Of a DNA stretch of 64,000 nt, positions 1 to 8,457 are shown in pieces. Within the stretch, counting starts at the first letter, position 1. Every line of letters begins with the position of its first letter. This stretch comes from Bacteroidia bacterium (GTDB lineage: Bacteria; Bacteroidota; Bacteroidia; SpSt-205), in the NCBI GenBank assembly GCA_025057135.1, contig JANWXY010000057.1, positions 15,136 through 79,135 on the forward strand, in the 5' to 3' direction. A model generated the notes under the pieces. That model had not been told where the DNA came from and made no database searches. It worked only from the letters and a program-made list of their open reading frames with translations. A program made the position numbers and the translations under genes.

Positions 1-424
1 TCGCGCCGTACATCAGTTCATCACATTTTGCGCTCCGACTCCTCTTCAGATAGCTGCCGCTAAATACCTCCACTCTAATCCGAACCGAGTATTCTTTTTC
101 CATGACACGCTACTGGCTCGGCGAAAACTATTCGTGGAGCTGCTAAGGACATATACGAGCTTGAAAATACTCCCACCCGAAGGGGGATACTTTGTGCTTA
201 TCCGACCTACCGAGAATCAACTGCCGGACATTCAGCTCGCCGAGCATCTCACGCGTGAAGCCAAAGTAGCCTCTATACCTCTCAGTCCTTTCTATGGCGA
301 TGGGACGGATCCCGGATGGCTGCGACTGTGCTTCGCTCGGTCAGTAGATATGCTTAAGAATGCGGCTCAGCGGCTGGGAGAGGTGTATCCGGCGGATCAA
401 CCCACCGACCATCTGACCGAATAA
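1..424 (+). CDS. PLP-dependent aminotransferase (class I/II, YbdL/MalY-like), C-terminal fragment; 5' end lies outside the window
   Basis: The reading frame is open from the window edge (frame 2) to TAA at 422-424. The C-terminal sequence '...FCAPTPLQIAAAKYL...EGGYFVLIRP...ASIPLSPFY...LRLCFA' matches the C-terminal small domain of fold-type I aminotransferases. Confidence 0.55.
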   Translation, partial: RAVHQFITFCAPTPLQIAAAKYLHSNPNRVFFFHDTLLARRKLFVELLRTYTSLKILPPEGGYFVLIRPTENQLPDIQLAEHLTREAKVASIPLSPFYGDGTDPGWLRLCFARSVDMLKNAAQRLGEVYPADQPTDHLTE

Positions 425-2297
425 GCTCAACAAGTGCCTCCAGAGCTTCCTCTTCTCGGACATTTTTACGGACGATGTCCTTGCCCCTGTATAGGTGGAT
501 CGTCCCAGGTCCAGCTCCCACATAGCCATAATCTGCATCCGCCATTTCGCCTGGACCATTTACAATACACCCCATTATAGCGATTTTGAGGCCCTTGAGA
601 TGACTCGTACGAGCGCGAATCCGTGCTGTGACCTCCTCCAAACTAAAAAGAGTACGTCCACAGGACGGGCACGCAATGTAATCTGTACGAATAATCCGCA
701 ATCGGGCACTTTGCAACAAATCAAAAGCTAAACGCACACCCACAGCTGGCGGACGCGTCTCTACATAGAGCCATAGCCCATCCACCATGCCGTCCACGAG
801 AAAAGGACTCACCTGCGCGGCAGCTTCCACGGCAAGCGCGTGAGCAGGGCGGGGCTCAGGACTGTTTTCAGGCGGATATATGGTGAGACGAGCTATCATC
901 GGGGGAAATTGTCTTTGATTGGCTGAATATAAGCGCATCCACCGTATAAGCCGGCCCGGAAGGGGAGATTCACCCTCCAATACCCAAACTACCCGCTCCG
1001 ATGCGAGAAAATCCCCCCTTCCTCTGAGTAGGTCATCGGGACTTAATTTCACGAAGTTGAGTTCAGGATGCACAAAACGAGCTTGAAGCCAACTATCTAC
1101 CGAAGGAAAGTAGGGCACATCCTGAGGACGGGCTACTTTCTGCCAAATCGGATAGTCATAAATAAGCCGAATGGAAGGCAGACGCTCTGGCACTTGCTCG
1201 CCCACGTAGATGAAATCTGGGGTCTGCTCTCCTCCATACAAATCTATGCCTTGAACTTGCCGAGAGTGGTCCGCTACCACAATCGCCGGGTTTAGCTCAC
1301 CGATCTGGGCCACACTCCGCCGAGAAAATCGCTCATGCCGAAGTCCCCCTCCTATCCATACAGGCTCAGGTAGAGACAGTTCTGCATCTCTATAAGCTTC
1401 TGCAAAGCTAACGAGCGCTTTACAAGTGGGCAGCTCATTTTCAGGGGGTTCGGTAAGCGAGACGCGCACAGTATCGCCGATACCATCCAGCAAAAGCGAT
1501 TCTATGCCGAGGGCAGATTTGATGCGCCCATCACTGCCATCTCCAGCTTCTGTGACTCCGAGGTGGATAGGATACAAACGACCATGAGCCCGCAATCGTG
1601 CCACCAGCTGACGGTAGGCACTGACCATTACAGCAGGATTAGAGGCTTTCATGGAGATGACGATTTGGTAAAAGCCCTCCGCTTCACATATACGAACAAA
1701 CTCCATCGCTGACTCCACCATCCCTTCTGGGGTATCCCCGTAACGGTTCAAGATGCGGTCGGAAAGCGAGCCATGATTTACCCCGATGCGCATCGCTGTG
1801 CCATACTCCTTACAGATGCGTACCAAAGGGGCAAATTTTTCATATATCCTCACGAGTTCTGCCTCATACTCTGCGTCGGTGTAGGTGCGCTGCTCAAATC
1901 GCTTTTTATCGGCGTAGTTGCCGGGGTTTATGCGCACTTTTTCCACGATACGGGCAGCTATTTCTGCGGCTCGTGGGGTAAAGTGAATATCTGCCACGAG
2001 AGGCACTTTATATCCCTGCTGGCGAATGCGCTTTTTGATTTCCGCGAGAGCCTCGGCTTCCTTCTGACTGGGAGCAGTGATTCGGACATATTCCGCCCCC
2101 GCTTCCGCAAGACGAATGACCTGAGAAACCGTCCCTTCAATATCCAGCGTGTCAGTAGTGGTCATCGTCTGGATACGGATAGGATGCGAACCGCCGACAG
2201 GAATCTCTCCTATGGGCACTTCTATGGTGGGGAGGCGCTTCGGCGCCACGAGCGAAGTGTAGTAAGCTTGCTTTTCAGAAAAATGAGGGACAGACAC
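354..2297 (-). CDS. ispG: 4-hydroxy-3-methylbut-2-enyl diphosphate synthase (flavodoxin), long form with inserted A* domain
   Basis: 647 aa. N-terminal TIM-barrel motifs ('IRIQTMTTTDT', 'VRITAPSQKEAEAL', 'PLVADIHF') and a C-terminal 4Fe-4S region ('ACPSCGRT...MGCIVNGPGE'). A large central insertion is typical of the Bacteroidota/Chlamydia-type IspG. Confidence 0.9.
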   Translation of the reverse strand: MSVPHFSEKQAYYTSLVAPKRLPTIEVPIGEIPVGGSHPIRIQTMTTTDTLDIEGTVSQVIRLAEAGAEYVRITAPSQKEAEALAEIKKRIRQQGYKVPLVADIHFTPRAAEIAARIVEKVRINPGNYADKKRFEQRTYTDAEYEAELVRIYEKFAPLVRICKEYGTAMRIGVNHGSLSDRILNRYGDTPEGMVESAMEFVRICEAEGFYQIVISMKASNPAVMVSAYRQLVARLRAHGRLYPIHLGVTEAGDGSDGRIKSALGIESLLLDGIGDTVRVSLTEPPENELPTCKALVSFAEAYRDAELSLPEPVWIGGGLRHERFSRRSVAQIGELNPAIVVADHSRQVQGIDLYGGEQTPDFIYVGEQVPERLPSIRLIYDYPIWQKVARPQDVPYFPSVDSWLQARFVHPELNFVKLSPDDLLRGRGDFLASERVVWVLEGESPLPGRLIRWMRLYSANQRQFPPMIARLTIYPPENSPEPRPAHALAVEAAAQVSPFLVDGMVDGLWLYVETRPPAVGVRLAFDLLQSARLRIIRTDYIACPSCGRTLFSLEEVTARIRARTSHLKGLKIAIMGCIVNGPGEMADADYGYVGAGPGTIHLYRGKDIVRKNVREEEALEALVELIRSDGRWVDPPDTPLPAAEPHS

Positions 2298-2388
2298 GCA
2301 CGAAAAAACAAAAATTACCTTCTTGGGCTGCCGCCCCGTTAGTATATCACCTCAAGCACGCCTCCCTCTATTCCTTGCCAGAAGCCGA

Positions 2389-3552
2389 CTAAGCCGTAAG
2401 CAAAGCTTTTTCTGCTCGGGCTAAGCTCCGAGAAAGGACGATACGCTGCACTTCGCTTGTGCCCTCGTAGATTTCGGTGATTTTAGCGTCACGAAACAGG
2501 CGCTCCACATGGTACTCCTTGACATACCCATAGCCGCCATGAATCTGTACGGCCTCGGTGGTGACCCACATGGCAGTACGAGAAGCGAATAGTTTAGCCA
2601 TGGAGGCCAAAAACCCATAAGGCTGCTGTCTATCTTTTGCTTCTGCAGCTCTCAGACACATTAGACGGGCCGCTTCTACCTCAGTCCCCATGCGGGCAAG
2701 TTTGGCGGCGATAGCTTGATGCTTAGCAATGGGCACGCCGAATGCTTTTCTCTGTGTGCTATACCTAAGCGCCAGTTCAAAAGCCCCAGAAGCAATCCCC
2801 AGGGCCTGAGCGGCTATTCCTATTCGCCCACCATCCAGAGTTTTCATGGCAAACTTGAAGCCAAAACCTTCCTCTCCGATGCGATTTTCTACGGGTACCC
2901 GCACATCGTTGAATATCATCGTGTGAGTGTCCGAGCCACGAATACCAAGTTTGTCTTCCTTTTTGCCCACGATTACCCCGTCCCATTCACGCTCTACGAT
3001 GAATGCACTGATGCCCCGACTACCCAGACTATGGTCTGTTTGAGCTATTACTAAGTACAGGCCTGCTCTGCCGGCGTTTGTTATCCAGTTTTTAGTGCCA
3101 TTGAGGATGTAATGGTCACCTCGCCGTACGGCGGTCGTACGCTGCTGGGTGGCATCGCTCCCTGCTTCGGGTTCTGAGAGACAAAAGGCGCCTACAATCT
3201 CTCCCCGAGCTAGTTTAGGGAGATACTTCTGCTTTTGCTCTTCCGTACCGAAAGTTTCAATACCCCAGTTGACGAGAGAGTTTTGGACAGAGACGATTAC
3301 ACTGGCAGAAGCATCTACTTTGGAAAGCTCCTCCATCAAAAGGACATAGCTTATGGTGTCCATGCCCCCTCCGCCATATTCTGGGGAAACCATGAGTCCC
3401 ATGAAGCCCAATTCACCCATCCGGCGAACCAACTCAGGAGGAAAGGTCTGTGTCTCATCCCGTTCTATGACACCCGGCAGCAGCTCGGTCTGAGCAAAGT
3501 CCCGAGCTGCCTGACGAATCATCTCCTGCTCCGCTGTAAAGGAGAATTGCAT
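2389..3552 (-). CDS. acyl-CoA dehydrogenase (short/branched-chain type)
   Basis: 387 aa. ACAD motifs are present, including 'GAFCLSEPEAGSDA', 'YILNGTKNWITNAG' and a C-terminal catalytic-glutamate region 'IYEGTSEVQRIV'. Confidence 0.85.
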   Translation of the reverse strand: MQFSFTAEQEMIRQAARDFAQTELLPGVIERDETQTFPPELVRRMGELGFMGLMVSPEYGGGGMDTISYVLLMEELSKVDASASVIVSVQNSLVNWGIETFGTEEQKQKYLPKLARGEIVGAFCLSEPEAGSDATQQRTTAVRRGDHYILNGTKNWITNAGRAGLYLVIAQTDHSLGSRGISAFIVEREWDGVIVGKKEDKLGIRGSDTHTMIFNDVRVPVENRIGEEGFGFKFAMKTLDGGRIGIAAQALGIASGAFELALRYSTQRKAFGVPIAKHQAIAAKLARMGTEVEAARLMCLRAAEAKDRQQPYGFLASMAKLFASRTAMWVTTEAVQIHGGYGYVKEYHVERLFRDAKITEIYEGTSEVQRIVLSRSLARAEKALLTA

Positions 3553-3577
3553 ATGGCAAAGCTAACAAAAAAGCCCC

Positions 3578-4534
3578 TCAGGCCGAACGCTTCACAAACT
3601 GCTCTCTCTTATATAGCAAGCGATCCAAGGTGTGCCGGGAGATAATATACACAAAATACGGGGAGTGCCAGAGCCGCACATAATAGTGCAGGGCACTGCT
3701 CGAATGCGGATAGACGCTCCAGTGGTACTTTTTCCCTTTCCATAAAAACAGCTGAACCTCAGCTATGGTTGAAAGCCCCACCAGAGAGTCCGCCGAAGTC
3801 AGCTCATCCGCATAAAAAGGCCCTGAATATGCCATGAGATACTCAGCTACCGCGAAGGAATCTACCGGCTCTTCTGTGGCTAAACGCCAAGGAGCATTGG
3901 GCTGAGGGCGCTCTAAACGCCAGCTCTTCTCTGGCTCGCCTGTATAATCCACCTGTATAGCGTAGAGGTCTGCGACTCGGGCATCAAACATTTGATTGGA
4001 CTGCCAAACGCCAAGGTCAGGATAATACCGAGAGGTCAAATAGCCTTCCAAGCCTGGCAGAAAGACTTCATAGGGTTGGTCACTCCCAGGACGCAGCATG
4101 TAAGTAGCAAATTGGTCAGGCGTCGGTCCCCCTACGTAAAACTCCTCTTCTCTGCCATCGCGAAAACGCAGCGTAACCTCTATACGATGCTCTCGCAAAA
4201 AGGAAAGCACATTTTTCAGAGCATTCTGAGGCACAGGAGCTCGGGGCGTCTGCGCAACAAGTGTGCGCAGAAGGGTCTGTAATGGCTGCTCAAAGACAGG
4301 CAAAGTATCCCCGATGAGCCATCCTTTTGGGGTTCTGCGCAAATCTATGCGGCGAAAAATCGTGTCTGCGTGCTTCTCTACCAGGTGTATCTCAACAATG
4401 GCGCCTGTATCCGGAAAAGCGAATCGTTTTTCAGCTTCGGCTCTCCGGGCGGCTATCTGCCCTCCCCATATTACTACGCCGATAGCTACAAGCAGTACGA
4501 CTAATAGTGCAATAGATGCCCAAGAGACCTTCAT
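3578..4534 (-). CDS. membrane-anchored hypothetical protein (possibly a DUF4340-like partner of GldG)
   Basis: 318 aa with an N-terminal TM helix 'IALLVVLLVAIGVVIW'. Its 4-nt overlap with the upstream GldG-like gene suggests co-translation. No catalytic motif was recognised. Confidence 0.35.
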   Translation of the reverse strand: MKVSWASIALLVVLLVAIGVVIWGGQIAARRAEAEKRFAFPDTGAIVEIHLVEKHADTIFRRIDLRRTPKGWLIGDTLPVFEQPLQTLLRTLVAQTPRAPVPQNALKNVLSFLREHRIEVTLRFRDGREEEFYVGGPTPDQFATYMLRPGSDQPYEVFLPGLEGYLTSRYYPDLGVWQSNQMFDARVADLYAIQVDYTGEPEKSWRLERPQPNAPWRLATEEPVDSFAVAEYLMAYSGPFYADELTSADSLVGLSTIAEVQLFLWKGKKYHWSVYPHSSSALHYYVRLWHSPYFVYIISRHTLDRLLYKREQFVKRSA

Positions 4535-6222
4535 ACCAGCGATCGCCTGTATTTATGACGCCGCCAAAGGTATAGCCCCACACCAAAAACCACCATCACA
4601 ACTACGGGTAATCCCAAGTTAAACGCCTGTATAAGCAGGGGATTACGGCGCACAATATCCGGATTCAGTCGGCGCAGCTGCACACTCCTACTACGCACTT
4701 GAGTGAGGGTCGTTTCTCCTGTGAGGTAATCTATGCAGTTCAGTAGGAAGGTCAAATTGTCCAACGGAGTGTAGTCCGCAGCGCGCCCCTGCACCTCCGA
4801 GGGCAAAGCAAACTCTCCGTCAGTAATAAAAATGGCTTTGCCCGGAAGGCCAGATTCAGGTAGAAACCTCGCTGTGGGGGGATTGGGAGCATATGCATCC
4901 GTAGGTGGTTCTCTGTCTACGAATACCGAAGTAAATCGCCCTTCGCTCAGCACCGCCATTGGTCGGAAGCCCTTTCCTTTGAAGGTCTCAGGATTGGGAG
5001 GATTCTTGACTGTGAGGTTTATATCTATCATTTGCGTGCCCTTGACGGACCGGCTTATGGGAGAGCTAAGCGCTAAAATCGTGTGCTTAATCCCTGGGCG
5101 GGAAATAGTATCTACGCTCCCTGCGTATCGGTATAAAACAGCATCCACCGTGCGGGTAACGGGATGAGCAGGAAAGATATACACGATCGGATAATATAGC
5201 CATTTTTCTGCTCCCCAGACCGGACCGTCATAGTACCCCTTTATGAGCTCAATATATCCACAGGAGAAGTCTTGAACAAGGTCATATCCTGGCCGCCATC
5301 CCCAGCGGAAAAATAGATCATCTAAGTTTAGCTCACGCAGAAGTACCAGCGCACTCCCCTCCGATAAATTGATACGATGATGGTCTAAAAGCCAGAGCAA
5401 ACGCCCGCCCCGCAGAAGATACTGCTCCAACTCATACTTTTCCCGCTCGGTAAAGGCACTATCCGGTCCAATCACTACTATCGCCGCAAAGCCATCCCCT
5501 GAAAGTTTTTTCTGGAGGGTCTCAGGTAGGTAGGCTTTGGCAGGCGCGAGGGCTTGCCCTTCTCGAACGCGCACAGGCACCAAACGGTAGAACTTTCCCA
5601 ATTCAGCCTCTAACTGAGGCATCTGCGACAGGCTGTATTCCCCATGACCGCTCAGAAAGCCCAAAATTGGCTTACTACCGTGCGTAGCGATTTGGCGGAG
5701 GGCCGCAGCGATTTTGTATTCTACCTCCTGCTCAGCTTCTAATAGGTCTATTTCCCCAGTAGGACGAAAATGGCCTTTGACCAAATCCACCCAGATATCC
5801 TGCTGTCCCGCATGAATCGTCGCCACAGGATACATGTACTGACGGCGCGTCTCAGTCTGAGAAACCCGTACATTGATAGGTATCGGCTGGATGCCGTGCT
5901 GCTTGAAGAGGCGCAGAACCTGTGGATTTTTAGAGGGGTTGACAAATGTATAGTTGAAAGGCTTAGGAGCCACAGCGCGCATCTCTGCTAGCATAGTCTC
6001 CACAGCCCGTTTGTATCTTTGGATAGGATACGGAAAATCCCCCTCTAAATACACCGTCACATAGGTGCTCTGAGGCATTCGCTTGAGGATTTCCCGCGTC
6101 CCTTCGGAGAGGGTGTAGCGCTTTTCCTCCGTCAAATCTACTCGCAGAAAGTATCTCCCCCCCAGAAGGTATAGTAGTATTAGCGCGGCGACTAAAATGA
6201 GTAGCTGCAGGAGATTTTTCAT
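4531..6222 (-). CDS. gldG: GldG-like ABC-transporter auxiliary component (gliding-motility-associated)
   Basis: 563 aa with an N-terminal TM helix (LLILVAALILLYLL) and a C-terminal TM helix (LPVVVMVVFGVGLYLW). This size and topology are typical of GldG, and it overlaps the start of the upstream ABC-2 permease. Confidence 0.55.
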   Translation of the reverse strand: MKNLLQLLILVAALILLYLLGGRYFLRVDLTEEKRYTLSEGTREILKRMPQSTYVTVYLEGDFPYPIQRYKRAVETMLAEMRAVAPKPFNYTFVNPSKNPQVLRLFKQHGIQPIPINVRVSQTETRRQYMYPVATIHAGQQDIWVDLVKGHFRPTGEIDLLEAEQEVEYKIAAALRQIATHGSKPILGFLSGHGEYSLSQMPQLEAELGKFYRLVPVRVREGQALAPAKAYLPETLQKKLSGDGFAAIVVIGPDSAFTEREKYELEQYLLRGGRLLWLLDHHRINLSEGSALVLLRELNLDDLFFRWGWRPGYDLVQDFSCGYIELIKGYYDGPVWGAEKWLYYPIVYIFPAHPVTRTVDAVLYRYAGSVDTISRPGIKHTILALSSPISRSVKGTQMIDINLTVKNPPNPETFKGKGFRPMAVLSEGRFTSVFVDREPPTDAYAPNPPTARFLPESGLPGKAIFITDGEFALPSEVQGRAADYTPLDNLTFLLNCIDYLTGETTLTQVRSRSVQLRRLNPDIVRRNPLLIQAFNLGLPVVVMVVFGVGLYLWRRHKYRRSLV

Positions 6223-6950
6223 GGATGGCGACGACTGAGTTGAAAGTGCGCTAAACCAAGACTGAAAGCAATCACGCTCAGATAATATAAAATATCCCGG
6301 CTGTCTAAAACCCCCCGACTCAAGCTGCGGTAATGCTCCATCAAGCTAAGCTGAGCAAGCATTTCCTGAAAAAACCGCCCCACAGGGAGTTCTGAGGCAA
6401 ACTCAAACCCAATCAGCCATACAAAGCCCAATAGGAGCCCAAGCAAAAAGGCGATAATCGTATGCACAGTAAGCGTAGATGCCCATATACCCAGGGCGGA
6501 GAGGCTAAGTCCCAGAGCAAAAAGTCCAACGTACGCCCCCTGAATGGCTCCATGGTCTATATTTCCGCGAGGTTGCGCCAGCCAAGAAATGGAGATGTAA
6601 AATACCCCCGTAGGAACCAGCGCAAATCCAATCACCGCAGCCACAGCGAGATACTTTGCCAGAAGGATACCCCAGCGCGAGATGGGAGCAGTAGCTAATA
6701 GCTCATATGATCCCGTCCGAAACTCCTCCGAAAAACTCCGCATGGTGAGAGCGGGGGCTAAGAAGAGTAAAAACCACGGAGCTATACTAAAAAATGCATC
6801 CATTTCAGCTGCACCGGTTTGAATCACCCCACCAGAAAAAACCCACAAAAATAACCCCGTACCGACCAGAAATATAGCCCAGGTAAGATAGGCAATAAGC
6901 GAATGGAGAAGGGCAAAAACTTCTTTTCGCCAGAGGGCAAGCACGGGCAC
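6219..6950 (-). CDS. gldF: ABC-2 family permease, GldF-like
   Basis: 243 aa polytopic membrane protein (about 6 TM helices) of ABC-2 permease size. It sits immediately upstream of, and overlapping, the GldG-like gene. No cognate ATPase (gldA) is adjacent. Confidence 0.5.
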   Translation of the reverse strand: MPVLALWRKEVFALLHSLIAYLTWAIFLVGTGLFLWVFSGGVIQTGAAEMDAFFSIAPWFLLFLAPALTMRSFSEEFRTGSYELLATAPISRWGILLAKYLAVAAVIGFALVPTGVFYISISWLAQPRGNIDHGAIQGAYVGLFALGLSLSALGIWASTLTVHTIIAFLLGLLLGFVWLIGFEFASELPVGRFFQEMLAQLSLMEHYRSLSRGVLDSRDILYYLSVIAFSLGLAHFQLSRRHP

Positions 6951-6954
6951 AAAG

Positions 6955-8355
6955 TTATGCCCTGCCCGAAGAATGCCTTCGGCTCAGATACCTATCCGGC
7001 AAAAGAAGTACAAACCCACACAGAAACACCCCAAATCCCATCATCCCTCCCATCACCCCCTGAATACCCCTGAGCAAGATTTCAGGTGAAGCGGTGCCCT
7101 TGTCCATATTAGTCAGATACAGGATATTCACCACGGCGAGCCCAAGGGTAGAGCCTACCTGACGCATAAACTGTAAAGCGCTCGTGGCAGAACCAACACG
7201 AGTTTGAGGAATATCATTTTGCCCTACGACACTCAGTAGCGCCTGAAAAGGTCCGAGTAAAGAAGCTGCGCTCACCATCGCCAGCAGTAGCCATCCCATA
7301 GAAATCTGAGAAGGCAAAGCCACTCTCGCCACACCAAAAATCACCGTCAAAGCTATTCCGCAGATAAGCAGAATGGGCTTGTATCGCCCATGACGACTCA
7401 CCCAGGCTCCGACCGCCCCAGTACTAAAAACAGCCCCTACCGTGAATGCAAGGAGTAGTAGCCCGCTCTGCCTCGGAGAATACCCCAGTACTCCTTGAAG
7501 ATACAGCGGCAGAAAAGTCACGCCCGCCATAAATATCGCCCCGAAGAAAAAGCCCGCCAGAGCGGCATACCGAAAAGTCGGTATTTGGACAAGGCGAAGG
7601 TCAAACAGAGGAGCTGGATGAAACCTCTCAGCACGAATCCATACCCATAGCATAAGAAGGCTGCCCATGAAAAGCCCTATGCCCCACACAGGGGAACCTA
7701 ACCTTTCTGGACCCCAAAACGAAAACGCCAACAAGAGCGGAGCTGCCCACAAAGCCATGAGGAACGCTCCTTTGATGTCCATAGGCTCGCTCTCTAAAGT
7801 GCCATGGGCAGGGAGATAGCGGAAAACAAAGACGACCGCAAGAACCAGAAAAGGGAGATTTCCCCAGAATGCCCACCGCCAGCTGAGATTCTCGGCTATG
7901 ACCCCACCTATGACAGGCCCCAAAGCACCTGCCATGCCAAATAAAGCTCCAATCAGACCTGCCCAACGACTGCGCTCTCTTGGAGGAAAAAACCAAGCCA
8001 GCGTTGTAAATGCCAGCGAAAAAAGAGCCCCACCTCCCAACCCTTGGACAAAACGAAATGCTAACAACTGCGAAAAGTGAATGGCACTCCCACACAAAAA
8101 TGAACCCAGTCCAAAAAGGCTCAAAGCCCCAATCAAAACCTTCCGACGGGAGATAATCTCTGTAAGCCGACCCGCTACGGGCGCCGCAATCGTGCTCCCA
8201 AGTAAATATAAAGCGCCCACCCATCCATACCACGCCTCCCCACCAAGGTCTGCAAGGATACGCGGAAGGGCGGTAGCCGTAACAGTCTGATCCAGCGCAG
8301 CCAAGAAGAGGCCAATGAATACCCCCAGTAAAGTCAAACGCACCTCACGAGCCAT
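6955..8355 (-). CDS. MFS transporter, DHA2 (EmrB/QacA-like) drug:H+ antiporter family
   Basis: 466 aa with about 14 predicted TM helices. MFS signatures include 'GALDQTVTATALPRI' and 'RLTEIISRRKVL' (G-x-L-x-D-R-x-G-R-K-like loop). Confidence 0.8.
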   Translation of the reverse strand: MAREVRLTLLGVFIGLFLAALDQTVTATALPRILADLGGEAWYGWVGALYLLGSTIAAPVAGRLTEIISRRKVLIGALSLFGLGSFLCGSAIHFSQLLAFRFVQGLGGGALFSLAFTTLAWFFPPRERSRWAGLIGALFGMAGALGPVIGGVIAENLSWRWAFWGNLPFLVLAVVFVFRYLPAHGTLESEPMDIKGAFLMALWAAPLLLAFSFWGPERLGSPVWGIGLFMGSLLMLWVWIRAERFHPAPLFDLRLVQIPTFRYAALAGFFFGAIFMAGVTFLPLYLQGVLGYSPRQSGLLLLAFTVGAVFSTGAVGAWVSRHGRYKPILLICGIALTVIFGVARVALPSQISMGWLLLAMVSAASLLGPFQALLSVVGQNDIPQTRVGSATSALQFMRQVGSTLGLAVVNILYLTNMDKGTASPEILLRGIQGVMGGMMGFGVFLCGFVLLLPDRYLSRRHSSGRA

Positions 8356-8457
8356 AGTTTGAACGCTTAGCTTTAAAGGTAGTACAAAGTAATTTCGCCA
8401 TGTCTGCCGAAGGTATGGACGGTTGATGGCATACAGAAAACCGAACTCTAAGTCCGA

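Noticed and set aside
1773-2342. 189-aa + strand ORF overlapping ispG
   Set aside because: Antisense to the highly conserved IspG N-terminal TIM-barrel. No domain resemblance.
7628-8233. 201-aa ORF antisense within the MFS transporter gene
   Set aside because: It lies entirely inside a well-supported 14-TM MFS gene on the opposite strand. It is Arg/Gly/Trp-rich, as expected for antisense reading of a GC-rich membrane gene, and has no motif.
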